From: Promethearchaeota archaeon
GTDB taxonomy: Archaea > Asgardarchaeota > Lokiarchaeia > Sigyniarchaeales > SOKP01
Direction of reading: 5' to 3'
Assembly: GCA_048938895.1 (NCBI GenBank)
Contig: JBHLLU010000041.1
Span: 1-36,060 of the forward strand
DNA: 36,060 nucleotides
The notes under the pieces were generated by a model. The model saw nothing but the letters and a program-made list of their open reading frames with translations. It was not told where the DNA came from and made no database searches. The position numbers and the translations under genes are program-made. This document shows positions 1 to 8,909 of this stretch, piece after piece (within the stretch, counting starts at the first letter, position 1; the number at the start of each line of letters is the position of its first letter).

Positions 1-449
1 AATTCCAATTTCTCTTTTTCAGATTTTTCATCTAATCTATCTAAAATGATATTAAAAGGACCATGTTTATGAAAACCCTTAGGAATTACACCTTCATCAT
101 CTCCAAGCATCGCAATTTTCAATGTTTCAATTGATTCATCAATAATATTTTGTTTTTCAAGCATCATTTTTAAGGTTGCATTACCTTTAGGTGTAACTTG
201 ATAAATTTTCCTATTTCTTCCTTCAACTTGTTCTTCTGTAAAGGTTATCAAACCTTTTTCTGTCATATCTTTTAATACAGTATACATGGTAGATGAAGGA
301 GGATCCCATATCCCTAGGGTTCGTTTTTCAATCTCTTTACCAATTCTATACCCGTAAGAAGGATTTCTTTCAAGAACAATCAAGATAAGTGCACTAATGA
401 ATCCTGTTTTCATGGCATTCTCAAATTTCTCAGCAATTTTCTCTGCCAT
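1..449 (-). CDS. PadR-family winged-helix transcriptional regulator (3' end runs off the window; not in ORF track)
   Basis: Manual translation from ATG at 449: MAEKIAEKFENAMKTGFISALILIVLERNPSYGYRIGKEIEKRTLGIWDPPSSTMYTVLKDMTEKGLI...GRNRKIYQVTPKG. Matches the PadR pattern (ILxxL..P.YGY.I, T.Y..L..M.EKGLI, RK.Y..T.KG). Confidence 0.88.
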   Translation of the reverse strand, partial: MAEKIAEKFENAMKTGFISALILIVLERNPSYGYRIGKEIEKRTLGIWDPPSSTMYTVLKDMTEKGLITFTEEQVEGRNRKIYQVTPKGNATLKMMLEKQNIIDESIETLKIAMLGDDEGVIPKGFHKHGPFNIILDRLDEKSEKEKLE

Positions 450-484
450 GACTTATCACTTATTTTTCAGAATAACTCAACTTT

Positions 485-496
485 TGACATATGTCA
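485..496. promoter_or_regulatory. Perfect 12-bp palindrome TGACATATGTCA, candidate PadR operator
   Basis: Lies between divergent padR and DUF362 genes, next to an AT-rich TATA-like box (about 500-510) oriented toward padR. Confidence 0.5.
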
Positions 497-593
497 TAAC
501 TTAAATATATTTTCATTATGTTTCATTAAGGTTTTGAGTAGTATTCCCAACCTTTTTCTGTCTTAATCAATTTAATAAAATTGGTGATATGAG

Positions 594-1931
594 TTGACAG
601 AAGTTTTTATAGCAGATACTTCAAAATCAGTGGAGGAAGCAGTAAAGGAAATGTTCTCACACTTAGAAAAATCAGATATACCACTGATTAAAAGCTCAAA
701 CAAGGTTTATATTAAAATCAATGGAATTGATTATCAGAAACATACTTACACTTCTCCTCAAGTGGTAAAAGCAGTGATAAAATTTTTGAAAGCACGTAAA
801 ACAGAAGTATTCATTATGGAGAACTCTACACAAGCAAATTTAACAAGAGTAGTGTTTGCAATTACAGGTTATAAAGATCTTTGTGATGAATTAGGGGCTA
901 AGATCATATATTTAGATGAAGAAGATACGATAACCTTCGAATTCAATGGAAAACCCTCGATTGAAGAGGATCCAAATGGTTATATTTTAAAGACCTTTAG
1001 ATTACCCGCAACAATAGTTAAGATTATAGAAAATAGGGATGATGTCACATATATCAATATTCCAAAACTAAAAACCCATTCAATGGCAGGTGTGACTCTT
1101 GGGATTAAAAATCAATGGGGATTTCCCCAGCATGCTGACCGAGGGAAAGACCATAACTTTAACCTGCACTATAAATTTGTAGATTTATATGAAATAATTA
1201 AACCTGACATCACTATTATTGATGGAATTGAAGGAACTATTCATGGTCACTATCCTCCTACAGCCTGGGAGGATCGACTGGTAAAACAATTTAATATATT
1301 GATTGGTGGAAGAGATACTTTAGCGGTGGATACTGTAGGTGCAAGAATCTTTGGCTTATCTATAGATGAGGTTCCGCATCTGAAAATTGCTTATGAACGA
1401 GGCTTAGGAGAGGGAGATCTTGATAAAATCGAAGTAATAGGTAAAAATTTGGATACTTATACAGAAAAATATGAATGTGACTTGCTACAAGAATTCCCTG
1501 ATAACGTGAAGATAGTGAAAGGGAAGGATCTTTTATGTAGAGAAGGATGTCAGAATAATCCATTATCAGTTATACAAGTTTTTGCAAATGATCATAAAGA
1601 TAAGTTTAAAGGGGGATGGTTTCTAATAATGGGAAAAGGGCACGATAAAAATCTCATTGAACAATTAAAAGCGGAAGGATATAGTAAGGGACTTGTTGCG
1701 GGATATTGTGCTATTGATGAAATTGGGAAAGAATTAAGAAAGGAGTTTGGTAGAAGAAATGTTTTCTTCTCAGGAGATTGTAATAATTTAGCAGATACCG
1801 TCACTGCGATACTTAAATTATCTGGTATGAGTGCTCTAGATCTAGTACCTTTTTCCTTCGAAGAGTTAATGGTAATAATCCAAAAAGCACAAAAAAATGG
1901 TACAAACGCCTTGATTACTACGGCTTTTTAA
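594..1931 (+). CDS. DUF362-domain putative Fe-S protein
   Basis: VYIKIN, TSPQVV, INIPKLKTH..AGVTLGIKNQWG, IIDGI.G and D.LAVD motifs; C-terminal Cys (CREGC, GYC, GDC). GGTGA Shine-Dalgarno precedes the TTG start. Confidence 0.85.
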   Translation: MTEVFIADTSKSVEEAVKEMFSHLEKSDIPLIKSSNKVYIKINGIDYQKHTYTSPQVVKAVIKFLKARKTEVFIMENSTQANLTRVVFAITGYKDLCDELGAKIIYLDEEDTITFEFNGKPSIEEDPNGYILKTFRLPATIVKIIENRDDVTYINIPKLKTHSMAGVTLGIKNQWGFPQHADRGKDHNFNLHYKFVDLYEIIKPDITIIDGIEGTIHGHYPPTAWEDRLVKQFNILIGGRDTLAVDTVGARIFGLSIDEVPHLKIAYERGLGEGDLDKIEVIGKNLDTYTEKYECDLLQEFPDNVKIVKGKDLLCREGCQNNPLSVIQVFANDHKDKFKGGWFLIMGKGHDKNLIEQLKAEGYSKGLVAGYCAIDEIGKELRKEFGRRNVFFSGDCNNLADTVTAILKLSGMSALDLVPFSFEELMVIIQKAQKNGTNALITTAF

Positions 1932-2000
1932 AATTTTAGATTATTACTTCATTCATGAAATGATAAATTTTTATAAAGATTATTAACAACATAAATTATT

Positions 2001-2756
2001 GTGGATCTAAGTACTGTTTTTTCTGAGATAAGACAACGTTTATCAATTCCTGACGAAAAATTCGACTTAGAACAGTGTCTCAATCAATATTGTAATACAG
2101 AACCCGAAGAGAACAAGCTTGAAATTATCGGTGATATTTTGAGCTTTATTAATAAATTTTCCATGTTTCATGAAAATAAACAGCTTATGAACTCCCTCTA
2201 TACTTGTATTATTAATACACTTGCTATTAAACCTGATTCTATTTTTGATTATGAGGAATTATTCCTCAAAAATGCCGTTATGCTTTTTCTCCAACAGTAT
2301 ATTGATTATTCAATGTCAGAAATAACTCAAAAAGATCAGGTTTTCAATTTTTTAACCGATTCATTGGAAAAGCTTGAAATTCAACCTTTAATTATGAATT
2401 TAGGATTATTAATAAAACCAATGTATCAAGATCAATCCTATATATCTAATTTGAATCAAATCGAAGAGAAACAAGTTAGTTATAACCACATAAATGGGAA
2501 TGAATTTGAAATTAAGGGAGAAATTGATAATTGGTTGAAAAATCAGGAACTAGACTTAGATAAGCAAGAAGAACTAATAGTCCAATTATCATACGAGTTA
2601 GATAGATTATTTATAAAATTTAACTTGTCAAAAGATTCTGTAAAATGCAAAAAACTGCATTTAGAAGCAAATGAGATGCTCAATATGAAGCTAACAATGC
2701 TAAGCTTAATGGATCAAGTTCCAGATGACTCATTTAAGCTTATTCCTATTAAATAA
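2001..2756 (+). CDS. Hypothetical, probably alpha-helical protein
   Basis: 251-aa ORF with typical composition; no motif recognised. Confidence 0.7.
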   Translation: MDLSTVFSEIRQRLSIPDEKFDLEQCLNQYCNTEPEENKLEIIGDILSFINKFSMFHENKQLMNSLYTCIINTLAIKPDSIFDYEELFLKNAVMLFLQQYIDYSMSEITQKDQVFNFLTDSLEKLEIQPLIMNLGLLIKPMYQDQSYISNLNQIEEKQVSYNHINGNEFEIKGEIDNWLKNQELDLDKQEELIVQLSYELDRLFIKFNLSKDSVKCKKLHLEANEMLNMKLTMLSLMDQVPDDSFKLIPIK

Positions 2757-2895
2757 ACCTAAAAAGATTAAATAGTATGGATTGAATAAAGATATTTTGT
2801 GAATGAATCAAAATATTTTCGATATTTAAATCTAAAAAAAAATAAATACCAATTCTACTATTATAATTAAAAATAGCATTTTTTACTTTTAAAAC

Positions 2896-4269
2896 GTGAG
2901 AATATTGGGTGAGAATGAAAAACCTCCAACTAAGGAAGAAATAGAAGCAGATAAAAAAATTGTAGATGATCTTTACAAAAAGGAAAAGGAAGAAAGAGAA
3001 TCTTACCTAAAAATTACTGAAGATGAAAGGAGAAAAGCTTTTGAGGAGAGTACAAAATTAATTTCAGAACTAATAGAACAAAAAGCATTCATGATTGATC
3101 GTCATAAAGAAAGTACAGCTCAATTGAAAGATTTACACCCTGATATTGAAGGTACTGGTGAAAAGATTGAGAAATCCGTTGGTGAAAAAGCGTTTATGAT
3201 AGATAGACAAAAAGATACTATATCTCAGTTAAGAGACATTCATCCTGATATGGAAGGAACTGCGAGTATAATAGAAAAGACAATAGGTGAAAAAGCATTT
3301 ATGGCCGGTAGACAAAAAGAAATAGCTACACAACGTGCTGAGTTGCATCCGGATATTGTGGGAACAGGTGAAAAAATCGAAAAGTCAATTGGAGAAAAAG
3401 CGTTCATGATTGATAGGCAGAAGGAAAGTACTACTCAGAGAAAAGAATTACACCCTGATTTAGAAGGAACTAGGGAAAAAATTGAAAAATCTGTAGTAGA
3501 TAAAGCCTTCATGATAGATCGTCAAAAAGAAAATAAAGCTAAATTGAAAGAGATCCATCCTGACATTGAAGGAACCGCTGAAAAGATAGAAAAATCAATT
3601 GGTGAAAAAGCATTCATGATAGATAGGCAGAAAGAAGACCTTGCTCGACGAAGAGAAATTCATTTAGATATAGAAGGTACAGGAGAGAAAATTGAGAGAT
3701 CTGTAGTAGATAAAGCATTTATGATTGATCGACAAAAAGATAGTGTTGCCAAATTAAAAGAGATTCATCCTGATATTGAAATAACCGCAGAAAAGATCGA
3801 GAAGTCTATTGGTGAAAAAGCTTTTATGGTGGATAGACAAAAACAAGATCTTGCGCGACGAGCAGAAATCCATCCGGATATTGTAGGAACAGGTGAAAAA
3901 ATCGAGAAGTCTATTGGTGAAAAAGCTTTTATGGTGGATAGACAAAAACAAGATCTTGCGCGACGAGCAGAAATCCATCCAGATATAGAAGGTGCAGCTG
4001 AAAAAATCGAAAAATCAGTTGGTGAAAAGGCGTTCATGATGGATAGGCAGAAAGAAGATCTTGCGCGACGAGTAGAAATCCATCCAGATATAGAAGGTGC
4101 GGCTGAAAAAATCTCTAGTATCATTGAAAAACGAGCAAAAGAAATTGAGGAAGATAAAGAAGTTGTCGACCATCAGATTGAGATAAAAAAAGAAGCAGAA
4201 TCTATAGTCGAGAAGTTTGATTCTGAAATTGAAAAGTTTAAAGACGATGATGATGATGAGGAGTCTTAA
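2896..4269 (+). CDS. Highly charged protein with ten tandem 35-aa repeats and an acidic C-terminal tail
   Basis: Repeat consensus KAFMIDRQKExxAxxxEIHPDIEGTxEKIEKSIGE; ends DDDDDEES. The start may lie slightly downstream of the GTG. Confidence 0.88.
   Translation: MRILGENEKPPTKEEIEADKKIVDDLYKKEKEERESYLKITEDERRKAFEESTKLISELIEQKAFMIDRHKESTAQLKDLHPDIEGTGEKIEKSVGEKAFMIDRQKDTISQLRDIHPDMEGTASIIEKTIGEKAFMAGRQKEIATQRAELHPDIVGTGEKIEKSIGEKAFMIDRQKESTTQRKELHPDLEGTREKIEKSVVDKAFMIDRQKENKAKLKEIHPDIEGTAEKIEKSIGEKAFMIDRQKEDLARRREIHLDIEGTGEKIERSVVDKAFMIDRQKDSVAKLKEIHPDIEITAEKIEKSIGEKAFMVDRQKQDLARRAEIHPDIVGTGEKIEKSIGEKAFMVDRQKQDLARRAEIHPDIEGAAEKIEKSVGEKAFMMDRQKEDLARRVEIHPDIEGAAEKISSIIEKRAKEIEEDKEVVDHQIEIKKEAESIVEKFDSEIEKFKDDDDDEES
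3082..4131 (+). repeat. Intragenic tandem array, 10 x 105 bp
   Basis: KAFM codons recur every 105 nt (3082, 3187, ...). Units 8 and 9 are nearly identical at DNA level. Confidence 0.92.
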
Positions 4270-4284
4270 CTTCGAATGCACTAC

Positions 4285-4773
4285 TTAAAATTTTTTATTG
4301 AATTTGAATAGAGAGTCTAAATTCATACTTTCAAGTCTTTTTTTATAATCCATTATTGCAGGAGCTATTGAGCCATTAAAATTATTAATTTGGTTTTTAA
4401 ATCGATAATAAAAATCTTCAAGAATTTCCCGAACCACTCCTCTTTCCATTTGAAGATCATTTTTTTTAGTAATTGCAATAACCACTAGACGACCCTCTCT
4501 TTCGTATAAAATCCTGGTGTCACTAAAATTAATTTCTTGAATCTCTTCACTTACACCTTCTTTCAATTCATTAATAAACAAATTTATCGCATTTAAAAAA
4601 CTGCAAATTAGATCATCTTTCAAAAAACTCAAATTATTTGAGAATCTATTACTCACGAGTAAAGAACCTGATTCGTAATCTAAAATATAGATCGCATGAA
4701 ATAGATTTTCTTGAGATCGAATTTCGCCTTGATTAAAACCATAATACCTATTTATATTGTTATGGAAAGACAT
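4285..4773 (-). CDS. Stand-alone longin-like domain protein
   Basis: HAIYILDYESGSLLV...DDLICSFLNAINLFINEL...IQEINF....ILY...LVVIAI, then a helix. Fits the beta-beta-alpha-beta-beta-beta-alpha-alpha longin pattern common in Asgard archaea. Confidence 0.65.
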   Translation of the reverse strand: MSFHNNINRYYGFNQGEIRSQENLFHAIYILDYESGSLLVSNRFSNNLSFLKDDLICSFLNAINLFINELKEGVSEEIQEINFSDTRILYEREGRLVVIAITKKNDLQMERGVVREILEDFYYRFKNQINNFNGSIAPAIMDYKKRLESMNLDSLFKFNKKF

Positions 4774-4965
4774 GCTGTTAACTATTTTAAGAAAGTATTT
4801 GTAGAAATTTTTATAGAAGAAAATATCAAATAACCAGAAATTAAATTAAGTATAAAATACAAATATTATCTTAATATCACCTAGGAAATACCATTAAAAA
4901 ATCTTGAAAAATCATAAAAATTTATATAGTTTTCAGAAATACTACACTTAATCACCCTAAGGTTT

Positions 4966-5436
4966 TTGATTATTATGGAAAATGACAATTCCACACAAAA
5001 AAATAAGATTTCCGTAGGCTTAATTTTGACTAACAATGAACTAAATAACAATCCAATTTTTCCTTCTGAAATTAAAGAAGAAATTATGGATTCTCCTTAT
5101 TATCTGCTCATCTTCATTTCAAGAGAAGATGTTGTTAAGATTAGTTGCTTTCCAACACAAAATAAAAATATTAAGAAAATCCTTATCAAGTTGAAAGAAT
5201 TTTCTCCCGATCTCGTAAAAGGTATTTCAAATGTATTAAATGACTTAAATTTGAGCAAAGAAATCCTTCACACCACAGGCCTTTGTTATGAAATGGAAAA
5301 ATGTTTCTATGAAACTTATTTAATCGGGGATATAATTGATTCTGGGGAATTAACGATAAAACAAATTAAAGAAAAATTTATGGCTGTAGCCAACGTTCTC
5401 GAAGTTCAAATCGAGGATATTAATAGCCTTTTATAA
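4966..5436 (+). CDS. Hypothetical protein, possible C-terminal ACT-like fold
   Basis: ILIKLKEFSPDLVKGISNVL...ILHTTG...IKEKFMAVANVLEVQI resembles ACT topology. Likely start is ATG 4975. Confidence 0.55.
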   Translation: MIIMENDNSTQKNKISVGLILTNNELNNNPIFPSEIKEEIMDSPYYLLIFISREDVVKISCFPTQNKNIKKILIKLKEFSPDLVKGISNVLNDLNLSKEILHTTGLCYEMEKCFYETYLIGDIIDSGELTIKQIKEKFMAVANVLEVQIEDINSLL

Positions 5437-5473
5437 TTTTATAGGTTTTTTAAACACTATCTTATTTTTTATC

Positions 5474-5630
5474 ATGAGTAATAAAAAAATTCCCCCCTCC
5501 TCCTCGTCTTCCTCCTTTTATAAAAATCAATAAGAACAATATTTCGTAAAAGGATTGTATGAAATGTGCTGAAAAAGCGCAAGAAGAGGCAAATCTTTGC
5601 ATTAAGTATAAGCAACTGATATTATTGTAG
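5474..5630 (+). pseudogene. Possible decayed Pro-rich / zinc-ribbon mini-gene
   Basis: Removing one C from the C6 run (5492-5497) gives MSNKKIPPPPRLPPFIKINKNNIS*KDCMKCAEKAQEEANLCIKYKQLILL*, with one internal stop. Confidence 0.3.
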
Positions 5631-5646
5631 CAGACCTATTTCATTT

Positions 5647-6039
5647 TTATTCATCAATTCGTTTAATTGCAGAAATCGATCTCCAACCTGTCCAAAAAAT
5701 AAGCATGATAATGATAAATATAAAAAGAGCAGTAGCGAAGGTATACCAGCCAATAAACAGATCCTCTATAAAAGAAAAGGGAATACCAGCGATTGCGAAA
5801 CCCCCTATATACGCATACCCCCAGTATCTATCCTTTAATCCAACTATAACTCCGGGGATAATAGTTGTAAAAATAATTGTTAAATATGACCAAATCTGCA
5901 TTGAATCTAAAATAATTAGCATGTTTATCCAAGAAGCAAAAAAACCGATGATAATCCATACTACTGTGAAAATCGTAAACTTAAACTCAGGTTCTGGTCT
6001 TCCTACTGTTTGTTCTTTACCATTACTTACCATAATCAA
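5647..6039 (-). CDS. Small membrane protein, about 4 TM helices
   Basis: Four hydrophobic segments. Likely start is ATG 6033. Confidence 0.78.
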   Translation of the reverse strand: MIMVSNGKEQTVGRPEPEFKFTIFTVVWIIIGFFASWINMLIILDSMQIWSYLTIIFTTIIPGVIVGLKDRYWGYAYIGGFAIAGIPFSFIEDLFIGWYTFATALFIFIIIMLIFWTGWRSISAIKRIDE

Positions 6040-6269
6040 ATCAAAAGGGGTGTTTTCTGCATATATAATGAGTATAATACTTGATATAATTAATATCCTT
6101 AACTTTCATTGTTATTTAATTAATAATATAGTTAATAATACTATTGATTTAATTTATAAAGTTCTAAACATATACTATCTTTAGGATGAAAATGGTGCAA
6201 AATTTAAAAAAACACCATATAAATTAAATTAGATAAATACTATACGTTAAAAAATCAAATATAAAAAAT

Positions 6270-6410
6270 GCCTCCTGCCTACACCCTGGATTTTTGTCTT
6301 TTGGTAGTGTAAATTTTACACTCTGATTTCGCCCTCCTCCCCCTATTATATTTTTTGACGCGAATATTGCGTCCGTTGGCAGGAGGCTCTACCTTTCTCG
6401 TTTTAGGTAG
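6270..6410. ncRNA. Candidate structured RNA of unknown class
   Basis: 10-bp closing stem GCCTCCTGCC (6270-6279) / GGCAGGAGGC (6378-6387); internal hairpins at 6306-6322 and 6357-6373; flanking hairpin at 6389-6410. GC-richer than the surrounding intergenic DNA. Confidence 0.45.
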
Positions 6411-6719
6411 CTATGTTGAGAAACTCTATTGAAAAATTAATTTGACTTAAAATTAAAAATTAGTTGTCTAATTAACCATCTCCTTGTTTTAAATATTCTC
6501 CATATCCTCGCTGACAATTTTAACCCCACTAAGATAGGATGGATGGAATACTTTCTTAAGGTGATATCATGTGTTGATTTTTATTAAGAATTTGAAGTTT
6601 TTTTAATAATATCGATAATACTATTGTAATTACTAAAAAATTTAAAAGATTCTAATACTTATTATTTAAAATATTAATTATTTAATTAACACAACAATTT
6701 AATAAATTAAAAACATAGT

Positions 6720-8468
6720 TTGATTCTTATGACTGAACTTGAGACTCAACCTACTAAAAAAGAGAAAAAATATACAGATGTAATTCGAACGACAACTAGT
6801 CTATGCCCCGAATGTATGAAACATATCCCCGCAGAAATCGTTGTTGATCCAGAAACAAACTGGGTTATGATGGTAAAAGAATGTAAAGATCATGGAGAAT
6901 TTAAGGACAAGTTATCAATTAATCCGGAAGACTACAAATGGCAGCAGAGATTTACTAATGACATTGGTTCTACTGTAAATAATACTACAAAACCTGAATT
7001 TGTCTCATCCGGAATTAAAGAAATTAAAAAAGGATGCCCTTATGATTGTGGACTTTGTACTAATCATAAAAGCGCTCCAAACATTTGTTTAATTGATATA
7101 ACTAATCGATGTAATCTTACATGCCCTATTTGTTTTGCTAACGCAAGTGCGAAAGGATACGTAGTGGAACCTACATTTGACCAAATAGTTCAAATTATGG
7201 AGCATTTCAGATCTATGAAACCGGTTCCTGCAGTTTTACTTCAATTATCAGGCGGAGAACCAACTGTAAGAGATGATCTACCTGATATCATTCGAAAAGG
7301 TAAAGAATTAGGTTTTACTGAGCTTATGGTTACTACAAATGGGGTTCGATTCGGTAAGGACGCTGAATTTATGCGGAAATGCCATGAAGCAGGAATGAAT
7401 GCAATCTATTTACAATTCGATGCTACTGATGCTCCTGAAATTTGGAAAAAGATAAGGGGTGTCAATCTTTGGCCTCTAAAAAAGAGAGTTGTCGAAAATG
7501 CCCGAAAAATTGGATTTTTTGGCATCGTTTTAGTACCTACCGTTGCAAAAGGAGTAAATGATAGTCAAATTGGAAATATTTTAGATTTTGCACGGGATAA
7601 TTCCGATGTTGTCTCTGGAGTCATATTCCAACCTGTATCACTGACTGGGCGTATAAGTTTTGAAGAACTTATGGACATCCGATACACTACTTCTGATCTT
7701 AAAGAAGCGATTAATAAACATACAAATGGAGCAATCGGAAATTTTTATCCCATCGCAACTACCGCAAAAATGACCCAATTACTTGCTTGGTTCGATGAGA
7801 TGCCTGCATTTAGCATGACGAGCCACCAAGACTGTGGTTTTTGCACAATCGTTATCGTCAATGACAAGGGAGAGTGGGAAGCAATCGAGGATTACTTCGA
7901 TGTCGACGGATTAATTAAATGGTCGAACAAAGTATGGGATATGGTTCAAGAACGTGAAGTTCCTAAACCTACTGGCTTATTGAAAGGTATTAATTTAGAT
8001 GATCTAGGCGCAATTTTCTCGAAAATTGGAGAATTTGTTGACGATATGACCGATTTAGGATATCGCCAAATTATAAAGGCTTACTACTTTGCAGGAGCGG
8101 CTCGTTATATTAAAGACCCAGGAAAAATTCTTACTAGCAAGACATATCAAGGATTTGCTCGGTTAATTATGAACCCAAACTTTAACTCCGCAGCCAATTT
8201 TTTACATACACGCAACCTTATGATTAGTTCGATGCATTTTCAAGACAGCTATAACTTCGATCTTGACAGAGTGTGCAGATGTCTTGTCCATTATGGTGTA
8301 ATTGATCCAGATGATCCTACTAAAGTCAGAGAAGTCCCATTCTGTGCTATGAACACGCTACACAGACCTATTATAGAAAGACAACTGGCGATAGAGGGTC
8401 AAACCGCCAAGAAGCCTGAAGTAATACAAGCTGAGATTGAGGAGCTTTTAGAAAAACTCCAAGAGTAA
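6720..8468 (+). CDS. tes: Radical SAM tetraether lipid synthase (Tes / GDGT-MAS, MJ0619 family)
   Basis: N-terminal SLCPEC...KECKDHG metal site, GCPYDCGLC..H, radical SAM CNLTCPIC, GGEPT, YLQFD, and C-terminal FQDSYNFDLDRVCRC..HYG...VPFC. Likely start is ATG 6729. Confidence 0.85.
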   Translation: MILMTELETQPTKKEKKYTDVIRTTTSLCPECMKHIPAEIVVDPETNWVMMVKECKDHGEFKDKLSINPEDYKWQQRFTNDIGSTVNNTTKPEFVSSGIKEIKKGCPYDCGLCTNHKSAPNICLIDITNRCNLTCPICFANASAKGYVVEPTFDQIVQIMEHFRSMKPVPAVLLQLSGGEPTVRDDLPDIIRKGKELGFTELMVTTNGVRFGKDAEFMRKCHEAGMNAIYLQFDATDAPEIWKKIRGVNLWPLKKRVVENARKIGFFGIVLVPTVAKGVNDSQIGNILDFARDNSDVVSGVIFQPVSLTGRISFEELMDIRYTTSDLKEAINKHTNGAIGNFYPIATTAKMTQLLAWFDEMPAFSMTSHQDCGFCTIVIVNDKGEWEAIEDYFDVDGLIKWSNKVWDMVQEREVPKPTGLLKGINLDDLGAIFSKIGEFVDDMTDLGYRQIIKAYYFAGAARYIKDPGKILTSKTYQGFARLIMNPNFNSAANFLHTRNLMISSMHFQDSYNFDLDRVCRCLVHYGVIDPDDPTKVREVPFCAMNTLHRPIIERQLAIEGQTAKKPEVIQAEIEELLEKLQE

Positions 8469-8480
8469 TATCTTATCTAT

Positions 8481-8503
8481 TATCTTCTTTTTTATTCTTT
8501 TTT
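8481..8503 (+). terminator. U-rich archaeal-type terminator after tes
   Basis: TCTTCTTTTTTATTCTTTTTT directly after the stop codon. Confidence 0.5.
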
Positions 8504-8640
8504 ATTAAAAAGTCAATTAAAGTATTCTTTTCTAATACTTTAAATTATAATAGTTTCTTGACTTCTTTTTCTTCATCTGTTCCTTTCTCCATTCTGGAAG
8601 CTTTCCATAAATAGTTTTTAGTTTTGAGTCCCTCATAAAA

Positions 8641-8664
8641 TATTCTTGAAAAAATTCAAGAATA
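8641..8664. repeat. Perfect inverted repeat TATTCTTGAA-AAAA-TTCAAGAATA
   Basis: 10-bp arms with a 4-nt spacer in an intergenic region. Confidence 0.6.
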
Positions 8665-8909
8665 ACTATTATTTTCTTTTAGTTTTTTTTATAAAATTTA
8701 ACATTAATGAGAAACTAATTTCTTTTTCATTTTTCTGCTATTCTCCAATCAGGAAGTCTCCTATAGATGCTCTTTTTTATCTAATTGGTCAAAAACCTCT
8801 ATTTGTTGTTGCACAGTCTCCAAAGCAAAGCATCTGGGCATAATTAATATCTCAGTTAAGTTTGAATAGAAGAGGAAAAAAATTTAAAAAAGTAATCACA
8901 AAAATATTT

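Noticed and set aside
3082-4131. 105-bp periodic repeats as a CRISPR array
   Set aside because: The units are in-frame coding repeats with synonymous variation; there are no unique spacers and no cas genes.
3754-4281. Minus-strand ORFs of 74, 119 and 88 aa
   Set aside because: They are antisense shadows of the repeat gene and simply mirror its periodicity.
5705-6184. 159-aa plus-strand ORF
   Set aside because: It is antisense to a convincing membrane protein gene and runs into low-complexity AT-rich DNA.
6268-6312. 14-aa ORF MPPAYTLDFCLLVV as a RiPP precursor for the radical SAM enzyme
   Set aside because: The enzyme has Tes-family motifs rather than SPASM/RRE features, and the ORF has no supporting signals.
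6270-6387. 118-nt element as 5S rRNA, tRNA-Sec or a cobalamin riboswitch
   Set aside because: The length fits 5S but the CCGAAC loop C is absent. There is no cloverleaf, T-loop or UCA anticodon arm. Only a superficial UAAUAGGG match to the B12 element is present, without the B12 box.
8646-8843. 65-aa plus-strand ORF
   Set aside because: TTG start, low-complexity F/K/I composition and no motif.
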